Below are positions 18,217-27,387 of a DNA stretch of 64,000 nt, piece by piece. The notes under the pieces were generated by a model. It saw only the letters and a program-made list of their open reading frames with translations, had not been told where the DNA came from and made no database searches. The position numbers and the translations under genes were made by a program. Location: positions 1 through 64,000 of the IMG/VR virus record IMGVR_UViG_3300033072_001201; one strand, given 5' to 3'. Position 1 is the first letter of the stretch, and each line of letters begins with the position of its first letter. Source of the stretch: a virus (Duplodnaviria > Caudoviricetes).

Positions 18217-18642
18217 ATGAATGTCGATCTAGGTACTATTCAAGAAATCCTCCGCGAACAAAAAGTCGATTCGACAGTTATCTCTGTCGTAGTCAAAGAA
18301 CTTCAAAAAGTTGCTGCTGAGGAAGCGGCGGATAAAGGACCAAGTGGCCCAAAACAGAAATATCAATATTCGATTATTGTTAATTCTCCGACCAATGATT
18401 TGAATAATCTTCAAGGTTGGGTTGTTAAGATGCCAGAAGATCAAAAGGCGTCCGACCTTCTTGCCAAAATTCAAACGGCGGTGGCAAAGCAAAATAATAA
18501 TACAAAAAAGGGACGCAAATCCCCCTTACGCTCTCTGGCTGAGGCCTTTAATGGTCTAAAACGCAAATTTACGAAAGAGGAAAATTTTGCCGTTATGACT
18601 CGCGAATCGGTACAAGTTATTGTTAGCGACGGAACTCTTTAA
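18217..18642 (+). CDS. hypothetical protein
   Basis: Packed ORF with coding-like composition. Confidence 0.85.
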   Translation: MNVDLGTIQEILREQKVDSTVISVVVKELQKVAAEEAADKGPSGPKQKYQYSIIVNSPTNDLNNLQGWVVKMPEDQKASDLLAKIQTAVAKQNNNTKKGRKSPLRSLAEAFNGLKRKFTKEENFAVMTRESVQVIVSDGTL

Positions 18643-18654
18643 GGAGAAAATTTT

Positions 18655-19038
18655 ATGTGTATTAATTTAAGAGATAATTATAAAGAACCATATAATCCTA
18701 GTAATATTCGTTGGAAATATGCGGAAATTGTTGATGGGAAAATTATTTCTCCTTATAGATCATATAAGTATGAAATAAATAAACAATTAAACGCCAAAAA
18801 AGATAAAAAATTAGATGTCGGATTTCATGTTTTTGTTTCTAAAAATGCATGTATTCGGGATGCCCATGCTTATTACGGAAAACTTGATGGAATTGTTTTT
18901 CTAAAATGCGAAATGTCAAACTTTCATTGCAGTGGAGAATTTGAAATGGAAAACAGCGAAGTTTGGAAAAGTATGAAAATTGTTCAAGTACTTTCTGGCG
19001 GGAAACGAGATATTACAAAAAAGTTTATAAAATCATGA
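18655..19038 (+). CDS. hypothetical protein, paralogue of 35853-36266
   Basis: Shared IRWK..SP..G(F/L)HV pattern. Confidence 0.8.
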   Translation: MCINLRDNYKEPYNPSNIRWKYAEIVDGKIISPYRSYKYEINKQLNAKKDKKLDVGFHVFVSKNACIRDAHAYYGKLDGIVFLKCEMSNFHCSGEFEMENSEVWKSMKIVQVLSGGKRDITKKFIKS

Positions 19039-19265
19039 GTTCTCAACCTAAAAATTATTTGATAGGGTGGATTTCAAGCAAAAAAGAAATTAAGTTCGAC
19101 ACTTATGATTTTATGACCCTTCCCGAAGCTATAAAAGCGGCTCAAAAAGTTGTAGTTGAAAACGACGAAGAGGAAGAAGATTGGATAGTATTTGAAATTA
19201 AGGCGGTTAAAAAATATAAGTTGGTTAAAGATATAAAAGCGGTAGAAATTCCCGTAAAATCATGA
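19035..19265 (+). CDS. hypothetical protein
   Basis: ATGA-coupled internal start. Confidence 0.75.
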   Translation: MSSQPKNYLIGWISSKKEIKFDTYDFMTLPEAIKAAQKVVVENDEEEEDWIVFEIKAVKKYKLVKDIKAVEIPVKS

Positions 19266-19528
19266 AACGGTTTAAAATAGTTCATTTTGATGATTATCAC
19301 GATATTGATTTTTATAAAACCACTTTCAAACATCGTTTTGAACTAGGATGTTTTAGGCCAAAAACTGGTTATAATTACAACAGATATTATGCTGTATTTT
19401 ATAATCAAAAACCCACCAAACAACAAATTGTTAATAGTCTAAATCAATTAATTCAAAAAAGATATTATAATTTAGTTTGTCAAGAATTACAATCCACTAA
19501 TTTAGAACTTGATGTTCGATATCCTTAA
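19262..19528 (+). CDS. hypothetical protein
   Basis: Coupled ORF. Confidence 0.7.
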   Translation: MKRFKIVHFDDYHDIDFYKTTFKHRFELGCFRPKTGYNYNRYYAVFYNQKPTKQQIVNSLNQLIQKRYYNLVCQELQSTNLELDVRYP

Positions 19529-19531
19529 TTT

Positions 19532-19759
19532 ATGTCAAAAGAAACAAAATTCAAATTTATTATTCAACACGGTGGTCAAACCGTTGAATTGACCGTAGAA
19601 GAAGCCGAAAAACTATATAAGGATCTTTCTAAGATTTTTGACCGCGAAACTAAGATTAAATGGTATCCTTCCGAGATAATTCCCGAACCAATTCCTTATT
19701 CTCCACCCTCTATTCCATCAAGCCCTTGGGATCAAAATACAATAATTTGTACCCTATAA
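19532..19759 (+). CDS. hypothetical protein
   Basis: Packed ORF with a Pro-rich tail. Confidence 0.7.
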   Translation: MSKETKFKFIIQHGGQTVELTVEEAEKLYKDLSKIFDRETKIKWYPSEIIPEPIPYSPPSIPSSPWDQNTIICTL

Positions 19760-19770
19760 TCTCTCCTAAT

Positions 19771-20010
19771 ATGCGCAAAACAATATTTCAGTCAAAAACT
19801 AAAGATTCCGTCTTCAAACTCCACAACTTTATCTCCGAAGTTTACCGCAAAGAGTATAAAAAATCTTCTCCCGATATGTTTATTGGTATTGAAACTGTTG
19901 CCGTCAAAAATTCGCCCGACAATTGGATATTGACCGCCGAAGGGGATCGCCAAGAGCTTGACAAGGTGGAGAAAATTGCTAAGATGATTGATGTCGAAAA
20001 ACTAAATTGA
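19771..20010 (+). CDS. hypothetical protein
   Basis: Start corrected to the internal ATG. Confidence 0.75.
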   Translation: MRKTIFQSKTKDSVFKLHNFISEVYRKEYKKSSPDMFIGIETVAVKNSPDNWILTAEGDRQELDKVEKIAKMIDVEKLN

Positions 20011-20042
20011 CAATATATAACTAGAAAATATACAATATAATT

Positions 20043-20309
20043 ATGAAAAATAATTCAGTGAAAGCTCAAACGCCGGATCGTTACGTTGTTTTACACACTC
20101 ACAAAGCCTATCCGAATTTTAATACCGAGCAAGCCGGCATTAGTTATTCTACTAAGTTGGATAATATGGCACTAAATGACAAAAATAAGGTTTCCGCTCT
20201 AAATATGGCGATTCACACTGCCTCCCGTTATCACGGGGAAATCTTTGCCGATTTCGGGGATGGAGTTTTGGAGCCAGTAAAATCGTATAAGAAAGAAATT
20301 AAGGAATAA
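20043..20309 (+). CDS. hypothetical protein
   Basis: TTGACA-18-TACAAT promoter 6 nt upstream. Confidence 0.8.
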   Translation: MKNNSVKAQTPDRYVVLHTHKAYPNFNTEQAGISYSTKLDNMALNDKNKVSALNMAIHTASRYHGEIFADFGDGVLEPVKSYKKEIKE

Positions 20310-20352
20310 TTTTCGGTAGTTAGGTTTAGTTCGTGGTTTCATAGTCTAAATT

Positions 20353-20380
20353 CCCCAAGCCTAAAAAACTTGGGGTTTTT
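20353..20380 (+). terminator. intrinsic terminator
   Basis: CCCCAAG/CTTGGGG then T-run. Confidence 0.8.
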
Positions 20381-20441
20381 AGTTAAAAAAAATAATTAGA
20401 AAAAGTGTAATATTAAGAGTAAGTTTTTAAGCAGAAAAAAT

Positions 20442-20678
20442 ATGTCTAATAACTCTCCCGCAAAATCAGACGACAACAAAAAATTTGCATTCCAAACCCT
20501 TGAAATGCTTGCCCCGATTTTGAATAAAAAACAATTCCAACTAGTTAATTTGGAAGTCGGGCTAAAAATGGGCAAATTGTCGAAAGAACAATTTTCAGAA
20601 CAACAAGGTCGAATTGCGACAGAGATTGAAAATTTGCAAAAAAGAATTTTGCGCGAGACAATAATAGTAGGGAGCTAG
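20442..20678 (+). CDS. hypothetical protein
   Basis: AGTGTAATA motif upstream. Confidence 0.75.
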   Translation: MSNNSPAKSDDNKKFAFQTLEMLAPILNKKQFQLVNLEVGLKMGKLSKEQFSEQQGRIATEIENLQKRILRETIIVGS

Positions 20679-20679
20679 A

Positions 20680-20925
20680 ATGCAAACCGATAATAATTTG
20701 GAAGATCAACCAATTAGAATTATTGTTTCTAAAGGCAAAAACATATCTGTCCAATATTTGGTCGATTTGGCGGCAGAGTGTTTTGCAAAAATTAATTCTT
20801 TGCCAGATGGAACTTTTGAAGTGACTTTTAATCCCTCTGATACTTCGCCGACTTTTAGTAGATATAGTTTATTCGTAAGTATTATTAAAAATTTTGGATG
20901 TGATATAAAAAATAATGAGTTTTAA
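20680..20925 (+). CDS. hypothetical protein
   Basis: Packed ORF. Confidence 0.7.
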   Translation: MQTDNNLEDQPIRIIVSKGKNISVQYLVDLAAECFAKINSLPDGTFEVTFNPSDTSPTFSRYSLFVSIIKNFGCDIKNNEF

Positions 20926-21031
20926 TAATTAGCAATTTTATATTATAAAAAACTAAAGCCGAAATTTTTCTTGCGCAACCGTGCTTTCTGTGGTACGGTT
21001 GTTTTGTTTTAGGAAAATCGAATTCAAAATT

Positions 21032-21382
21032 ATGAAAATTCTATATGATAACTGGAATGCCTTAAATAAAGTTTCCAAAAATCTATCTTGTTTGATGCAG
21101 GCATGTCAATCTAACGAAGTTTCTATTCAACAATGTTTATCATATTTAGATCGTATGATTCTAGATATAAAACGTTATAATATTAATGATTTTGATTCAT
21201 TAGAATGTTACGCTATTAGTTCAATGCTAGAAAATATTTCGAATAGATATAATGCAGAATATCTTTATCACGATTTAATCTGGAAAAGTGATAATAATTT
21301 TTCCATTAAATCATATTTACAAAACTTAAACAAAAAACAGCTTCAAAAACAAATCGAGCTAATTCTGATTAGAAAATTTTAA
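21032..21382 (+). CDS. hypothetical protein
   Basis: Promoter upstream; start corrected. Confidence 0.7.
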   Translation: MKILYDNWNALNKVSKNLSCLMQACQSNEVSIQQCLSYLDRMILDIKRYNINDFDSLECYAISSMLENISNRYNAEYLYHDLIWKSDNNFSIKSYLQNLNKKQLQKQIELILIRKF

Positions 21383-21460
21383 ATCGCGAAAAATCCTTGT
21401 CTATCCCATTTCGTTCTGCTAACTTAGTTGGTGAAACGAAAAACCACGCAAAAACTAAAA

Positions 21461-23656
21461 ATGATCACTTCCCTTACTAAAGATAAAAACAGTGTTGTTA
21501 TTGATTCCGAACTTGATACCCAATCAACTAGTTTCGGAATTCACGATATGGCTAAGGCTTTCCACGCCATTACAACCCAAGTATATAAAAATCCCGAATT
21601 TAGCGTCATTGCTGAAATTTGTGCAAATGCTTGGGATTCTCATATTTTGGCGAAAAAACAATCGACTCCATTTAATATTCATCTTCCCAATAATTTGGAA
21701 CCTTGGTTTTCGGTAAGGGATTTTGGTATTGGAATGGATCATAATTTCATGCTTGAAAAATATACTCAAGCATTTCTTTCGACAAAAGATTCCACTAATC
21801 GTCAAAATGGTGCATTTGGAATTGGGCGACTAACCTGTTTGGCGCTTAACGACACTTATTCAGTAACTTGTTATAAAGATAAGGTTAAACGCATTTATTC
21901 TGTTTTTAAGGAAGATTCCTGTCCGAAAATTATTATGTTGTCGGCAGAACCAACGGAAGAACAAAATGGCGTGGAAGTATCAGTAAATATTCCTAATCAT
22001 TTCAGTTATTCGACTTTTAGTGAAAACGCCGCGAAGATTCTATCATTTTACCCCATTAAGATGAATATTAGTGGGGCGGCAAATTTTTCCTATCAGCTAC
22101 CAGAATACGATCTAAGAGTTAATGACAAGGAACTGAACTTTGGATTTCCGAAAGATCGGTCAAGTTATGCAATTATGGGTGTTTATGCCTACCCTATTGA
22201 TAATCAATCGCTTGATAATTTGACAGATGCCGAATTCAAAATTTTGAACAAGGGTATTCATATTTTTGTCAAACTCGGGGATTGTTCGGTAAGTCTTTCA
22301 AGAGATGGTTTGTTTTACGACGGAAAAACGAAAAAGCGAATTAAAGATGAAATTGCCAAAATTACAACTCATTATGTTGATTTAGTTAAAAAACAAATTG
22401 AAAATGCGCCTAACCTCCTAGCGGCGAAAAAGTTGTATTGGGACAATTTTAGTCATAACGGTGATTGTTATTATCTAACGCAAACCAAGAATCCAGAAGT
22501 TAGTTGGAAGGGCGTTAAGTTTAATGATTTTCATATTGAAATTCCGGCGAATTCTAAGGTAAAATGTGATAATGTTGAAATAGAAGAAAAACGAACTTGG
22601 TTAAACGATACCAAAAAAATTCTAATTAATGACAGAATTGTATTTTTTATCAATGACCTTGACAAGAAAGTTGGGATTAAATCTCGCCTAAAACATTATT
22701 ATAATGATGGCGGGGGTTATGGTAAAAATATTTATTTGTTCGATAATTTGGACAAAGAATTTCTAGATTATTGTGGTTTGCAACTCTCTGATTTTCAATC
22801 CCTTAAAGCTATTGTCCCGCCACCTAGCCAAAAAACTTATAATTACGATAGGTCAAAGTGCAAAGTATTTATTTATGACGGTTCGGGTTATCGCTCTGAT
22901 AAGTCGTCTTATTGGAAAATTCCCGAAAATTTTGACGAAACGGATATTGAAGACGCCGATGATGCAATTTTCGTAACTTTAGAAGATAGGTTTTATGTCG
23001 AAAGTAAATATAATCATAATGCTTTTTGGCTACTATCTAAACTACGCGAATTAAATCCTAAACTTCCAAAACTACCGGTTTACGGTATTCGTTATAAATA
23101 TCCAGAAATTATTGAATCTGCCAAAAAAGTTTGGAAAAAACTTGATGATTATATTTATCAAGAGTTTGATAATTTGATTAAACAATCAAGCGAGGAAATT
23201 AAACAATATGTTTTCGAATCAAATGTTAAAAAGACTAAATTTGATACTGACGGAACTTGTTTGGATAATCTTTCGCACTTTCAATCTTATAATTCGATGA
23301 TTCAGGCTTATTTTAGTCTAAGAAATAAGTTGAATGAAAAATTGGAGAGTTCTAAAGTAAAACAGATTATTGATTTTGCTGGGAATATTGATTATAAAAT
23401 TGATAATACTTCGTCTTCCGAATCTAAAATTTGTGATAAAATTATTACTCTCAAATCTTGGATTGAAAAACAATATCCGATTTTAGGTGCAGTTAATATT
23501 AATACAACTTGGGAATATAATCGCGGTTATGTTATTCAAAGTAGAAAGGTAATTGAGGATTATTTGGCCGATTGTGACGCCAAAAACCCGCCTTTTGAGC
23601 TTGACCAAGCTGAAATATCTGCTATTCTGGAGGAGAATAAGGTTGAAAAATTATGA
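21461..23656 (+). CDS. rIIA: rIIA-like protein (GHKL ATPase N-terminal domain)
   Basis: EICANAWDSH, VRDFGIGM, GAFGIGR; upstream of the rIIB-like gene. Confidence 0.85.
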   Translation: MITSLTKDKNSVVIDSELDTQSTSFGIHDMAKAFHAITTQVYKNPEFSVIAEICANAWDSHILAKKQSTPFNIHLPNNLEPWFSVRDFGIGMDHNFMLEKYTQAFLSTKDSTNRQNGAFGIGRLTCLALNDTYSVTCYKDKVKRIYSVFKEDSCPKIIMLSAEPTEEQNGVEVSVNIPNHFSYSTFSENAAKILSFYPIKMNISGAANFSYQLPEYDLRVNDKELNFGFPKDRSSYAIMGVYAYPIDNQSLDNLTDAEFKILNKGIHIFVKLGDCSVSLSRDGLFYDGKTKKRIKDEIAKITTHYVDLVKKQIENAPNLLAAKKLYWDNFSHNGDCYYLTQTKNPEVSWKGVKFNDFHIEIPANSKVKCDNVEIEEKRTWLNDTKKILINDRIVFFINDLDKKVGIKSRLKHYYNDGGGYGKNIYLFDNLDKEFLDYCGLQLSDFQSLKAIVPPPSQKTYNYDRSKCKVFIYDGSGYRSDKSSYWKIPENFDETDIEDADDAIFVTLEDRFYVESKYNHNAFWLLSKLRELNPKLPKLPVYGIRYKYPEIIESAKKVWKKLDDYIYQEFDNLIKQSSEEIKQYVFESNVKKTKFDTDGTCLDNLSHFQSYNSMIQAYFSLRNKLNEKLESSKVKQIIDFAGNIDYKIDNTSSSESKICDKIITLKSWIEKQYPILGAVNINTTWEYNRGYVIQSRKVIEDYLADCDAKNPPFELDQAEISAILEENKVEKL

Positions 23657-23859
23657 AAAATCAAATTATTGAGAAAGATTTAAAGAATTTTTTAAAAGAA
23701 TTGAGTTTCGCGCAAGAGTATGATGGGAAAAACCATAAATGTTTGAGAATTAAGTTTAGTACAAATTATGATTCTGTTTTCAATATTTATTTCGACGGCA
23801 AAGCAATACTAAGTACAACCAATATCAAAGACGCAGTAAAACAATATAACAAATTATAA
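23653..23859 (+). CDS. hypothetical protein
   Basis: Coupled ORF. Confidence 0.7.
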   Translation: MKNQIIEKDLKNFLKELSFAQEYDGKNHKCLRIKFSTNYDSVFNIYFDGKAILSTTNIKDAVKQYNKL

Positions 23860-23863
23860 AATT

Positions 23864-24127
23864 ATGAATGTAAAAATTAATAGTAAAAAAATAGAAAAGA
23901 AATTATCTTTTGATGATTTGGAGGTTGGTAAACTATATAATTATTACGACAAAGATGATGAAACCTTAAAAGGTATTGTTTTAGTTATGGAAGAAATTGA
24001 TGACTATACAAAAATTAGACTTTGTGAGATTTCGGGCGAAGATATTTGCAAAATTTGGGCACAAAACCTTGATTTTGATTTTTACGATTTTACAGAATTT
24101 GATGGAGAAATTACTATTTCAAACTGA
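23864..24127 (+). CDS. hypothetical protein
   Basis: Packed ORF. Confidence 0.7.
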   Translation: MNVKINSKKIEKKLSFDDLEVGKLYNYYDKDDETLKGIVLVMEEIDDYTKIRLCEISGEDICKIWAQNLDFDFYDFTEFDGEITISN

Positions 24128-24148
24128 TAATATAAAATTAAAACTAAA

Positions 24149-25096
24149 ATGACAACAAAACTACCAGTTATCTATAAAAAAGATTCATTTATCACTGTAA
24201 TTGTAAACAACAAACCTATTACAATTATTAGTTCGGAACCTAATTTCCAAGACGCAGTTTCAGCTTACCGTCAAAACGATTGGGAAACCTTGGCCGAAGT
24301 AGTAAATCGCCCGAAGTTAATTGAAAAATATTCGGATGGTAATATCCGAGTTTTTGACGGAGTTATTACTTATAAAAACAAACAAGTCCACAATTATGTT
24401 GTTGACAAGATTTTTGAACTTTTAAACGACGGGTTTGATATTAATCCAATTGTAAAGTTTCTTGATAGTCTAATGGCTAATCCTTCCCCAACTATTCAAG
24501 AAGAACTTTTTCAATTTTTAGAAGTTAATCAAATGGCCATTACAGAAGATGGTGGATTTTTGGCATATAAGTTGACCAAAAATGACGGAACTCCCTACTA
24601 CCAAGGTGGTTCTATGGTTTATAAAGTCGGCGAAACTATGGAAATGAAGCGGGAAGATGTTTGTAATGATAGGTCGGAATGCGGTGGTCCGGGTTTATAT
24701 TTCGGCAATAAAGGATATTGGAACAATAGTTTTGATAGCCAAGGTCGATATACTGGTGATGGTAAAATGTTTATCGTAAAACTAATGCCAGAATGGGTAG
24801 TTTCTATTCCAAGTTCTGAGGCGCAAACCAAGGGTCGGGCTTATAAAATGGAAGTGGTGGCAGAATATGAAAGTGTGAGGGAGACCGTTAATCGAAATTC
24901 TGTAGTAAATATTTCTGATGGTATTGAAGACCGAGAATTTGAAGATAGTGAATTTGTAGAAGGCGATCTTTTTATTCCGAAAACTCCTTCTATTAAACCT
25001 TCCATCAAAGCTCTTCGCCGCGCTAAAAATGGTCGATTTGTTAAAAAGAATGCACCAGTTCGGGATTCAAAAGGTCGATTTCAAAAGAAAAATTAA
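24149..25096 (+). CDS. rIIB: rIIB-like protein
   Basis: LMANPS, ELFQFL, ITEDGGFLAYK, VVSIP; C-terminal RDSKGRF. Confidence 0.85.
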   Translation: MTTKLPVIYKKDSFITVIVNNKPITIISSEPNFQDAVSAYRQNDWETLAEVVNRPKLIEKYSDGNIRVFDGVITYKNKQVHNYVVDKIFELLNDGFDINPIVKFLDSLMANPSPTIQEELFQFLEVNQMAITEDGGFLAYKLTKNDGTPYYQGGSMVYKVGETMEMKREDVCNDRSECGGPGLYFGNKGYWNNSFDSQGRYTGDGKMFIVKLMPEWVVSIPSSEAQTKGRAYKMEVVAEYESVRETVNRNSVVNISDGIEDREFEDSEFVEGDLFIPKTPSIKPSIKALRRAKNGRFVKKNAPVRDSKGRFQKKN

Positions 25097-25110
25097 CAAG
25101 GATAAAAATT

Positions 25111-25374
25111 ATGAGACCATCTGATATTATCATCGGCCAGAAATATATACAAATCAATCATCCAGAATATGTTTATTTGGGGGTCGGAGAAAAACAAAGT
25201 TCTGGACTTATTTCCAATCGAAAACTTGTTATTATTTCCGAAGGAGAATATTATGGCCGAGTTGTCCGACCATATAAACATAACCCTAGTTTTTGGAACA
25301 ATTTTGAACCAATCAAATCGTTCGCTCAAAAACAGCTCAGGGATTCGCGTGGACGTTTTGCGCCGAAATCTTGA
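25111..25374 (+). CDS. hypothetical protein, paralogue of 50126-50377, with an RDSRGRF tail
   Basis: Shared GQKYI..YLG..LVIIS..FWN. Confidence 0.8.
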   Translation: MRPSDIIIGQKYIQINHPEYVYLGVGEKQSSGLISNRKLVIISEGEYYGRVVRPYKHNPSFWNNFEPIKSFAQKQLRDSRGRFAPKS

Positions 25375-25399
25375 CTAATCGGGATTTTTCCGCTAACCT
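25371..25399 (+). promoter_or_regulatory. sigma70-like promoter heading the RT-containing transcription unit
   Basis: TTGACT-17-TAACCT. Confidence 0.7.
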
Positions 25400-25463
25400 A
25401 GTAGAAGATTAAGATCAATTGATTTTTTGCTAGGTTATTTTTTCAACAATCAACTCTTTAATT

Positions 25464-25970
25464 ATGCAAATTTTATCCGAACCTCCAACCGCAAAACCAG
25501 AAATTAGTGAAAAATACAATTCGCCAACCAATAAACTTTATCTTTCAGAATATGGCACGGCGGGCAAGGTTTATGCGCTAGGAATTCAAGGCGATCAAAA
25601 ATTTCAAACCGAAACATTTAATTTCCTTCAAAATTATGGTGTAATTGGAGAGACTGCGCAATTTCATCCAATGTTTGATAATTTTGGATATTGTGTGGTT
25701 GAGAGGGAGTTACTATATCACGGATTAGTTTGTTTGGAACGAAATCTTTATTGGATTAATAAACGGTGTTCTGTTCAAAAAAACAAAAACACTCTAGGAA
25801 AGAGAGATTTATTTAATTGGCAATCTATTCTTGATGGCGCTGGGCGATATTATTATAAACATTTGGCAAATAAAGCATTTAGTTCGATTATTGAAGAGAA
25901 TTTTATGCAATACCTAAAAGCAACTGATAATCATTATTTTCGGACGGGAAGTATTAAGGCGAAAAATTAA
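25464..25970 (+). CDS. hypothetical protein
   Basis: 168-aa ORF after the promoter. Confidence 0.8.
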   Translation: MQILSEPPTAKPEISEKYNSPTNKLYLSEYGTAGKVYALGIQGDQKFQTETFNFLQNYGVIGETAQFHPMFDNFGYCVVERELLYHGLVCLERNLYWINKRCSVQKNKNTLGKRDLFNWQSILDGAGRYYYKHLANKAFSSIIEENFMQYLKATDNHYFRTGSIKAKN

Positions 25971-25997
25971 AAAAACGATAAAAATATAGGACAAATT

Positions 25998-26645
25998 ATG
26001 CCAACAGGATATACATCAATTATTCAAGATTCAAAAGAATCTAATTACGATAAAATTTTTCAGCAATTCGCACTACAATGCGCTCGGGCCTTTGGGGCTT
26101 TAGTTTCGATGCGTGATGATAAATGGGACGCAGAAATTCCAGATGAATTTATAGCCAGCGATTATTATAAAAATGGAATTGCACAACATAAAAAGGAATT
26201 AGCTATTGCGCGAAAACGCAAAATGTCAGAATGGGACAAATTAGCAGAAAAAGATTATTTGGAGAAGAAAGATCATTATGGCAAGAAAATTAACGAGTCT
26301 TTTGACCGTCGCGCAAAATACCAAACTGTTCTAGATAAAGTTTATGCCTTCGAACCTCCAACGCCAGAACACGTTCATTACAAAGAATTTATGATCGAAC
26401 AAATTAAAAGTTCCATCGATTTTGATTGCAGTTCTGAGTATTATACTAATGAGCTAAAGAATCTTAAACGACTTTCAGCCAAGGAATTTAAAGATCAAAC
26501 GATTGAAACAATTATCAATAGTTTGAAATACGATGAAGAAAATTACGCCAAAGAAATTGAATCCGCCAAAAAGCGAACCGCTTGGGTCAAGGCATTGAAG
26601 AAAAGTCTTGGAATTAAACCCAACGGGGTAAAAGTTAAGAGTTAA
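25998..26645 (+). CDS. conserved phage coiled-coil protein (MPTGYT...CARAFGA family)
   Basis: Recurrent phage N-terminal motif; function unknown. Confidence 0.85.
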   Translation: MPTGYTSIIQDSKESNYDKIFQQFALQCARAFGALVSMRDDKWDAEIPDEFIASDYYKNGIAQHKKELAIARKRKMSEWDKLAEKDYLEKKDHYGKKINESFDRRAKYQTVLDKVYAFEPPTPEHVHYKEFMIEQIKSSIDFDCSSEYYTNELKNLKRLSAKEFKDQTIETIINSLKYDEENYAKEIESAKKRTAWVKALKKSLGIKPNGVKVKS

Positions 26646-26658
26646 TTAGCCAACTACT

Positions 26659-26840
26659 TTGTTAAAAATTTTAGAATTAAAATTCCGAGGCGGAGATTTA
26701 AGTCTCATTTGCCGATGACGAATTAATTAGGGATTAAAATGTTTGGAAGTTCTGGACCTCGTTAAACAAAATTCCCCAAACACCTTTTGTTTAAACTCGG
26801 TCAAGAACTTCCGCTCATTTTCTTGTAAAACTTTTGACAA
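26659..26840 (+). ncRNA. retron-like ncRNA unit 1
   Basis: Closing IR 26659-26673/26826-26840; hp1 26689-26713; long hp2 26736-26821. Confidence 0.7.
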
Positions 26841-26881
26841 TTTAGCTCCCCGAATTCGCAAAGCGAAAAATCTTGTTTTCC

Positions 26882-27004
26882 GTCAAATTTCTGATAAAGT
26901 CAGTATCTGTTGGAAAGATTGGTTTCGTCTTTTAGCCAAGGATATTAGTAGTAAAGAATTCTCTCGCGCCCCCGAGACAATTCAATTAATATCAGAAATT
27001 TGAC
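26882..27004 (+). ncRNA. retron-like ncRNA unit 2
   Basis: Perfect 15-bp IR GTCAAATTTCTGATA; hp1 26910-26939; hp2 26956-26983. Confidence 0.75.
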
Positions 27005-27030
27005 AATTTTGTTTGCAAACTATCACTTTT

Positions 27031-27186
27031 AATTTTAAACTTTTAGTTTTTGAATCTTAATCTTTATGGAGAGCTAATTTTTGGCCTTTGTGCTGGCCGA
27101 AATCAAAGCTCATAGCCGAAGATTATAAAATTAGAAATGTCACTTTAAGCAACTCTGGGCATTTTAGAAAATCTAAAGTTTAAATT
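27031..27186 (+). ncRNA. retron-like ncRNA unit 3
   Basis: Closing IR; GAATCTTAAT; hp1 27067-27118; hp2 27133-27165. Confidence 0.75.
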
Positions 27187-27210
27187 TCTTTTCTACGATT
27201 ATTATTTTAA

Positions 27211-27376
27211 CTATTGAAAATTTTGAATCTTAATTATTAATTGGAACGATAAGGGAAATCAGTTTTAAATTTCTAGAGTTTAAAATCAAAATACTTAGAG
27301 TCGTATTGCCAAATAATTAAATAATCAGAAACGGACACAGCTACTATCTATCCCGTTTTTAGAAAATCTTCAATAG
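27211..27376 (+). ncRNA. retron-like ncRNA unit 4
   Basis: CTATTGAA/TTCAATAG IR; GAATCTTAAT; hp1 27241-27312; hp2 27327-27360. Confidence 0.75.
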
Positions 27377-27387
27377 AACTTTTTTTT

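Noticed and set aside
26743-27003. 86-aa ORF over the ncRNA array
   Set aside because: TTG start, no protein-like pattern, and it runs through long inverted repeats; better explained as RNA structure.
26659-27376. CRISPR array, DGR template or group II intron next to the RT
   Set aside because: No identical 25-45-nt repeats, no TR/VR pair differing at adenines, and no domain V or maturase/endonuclease domain. The RT carries retron motifs.
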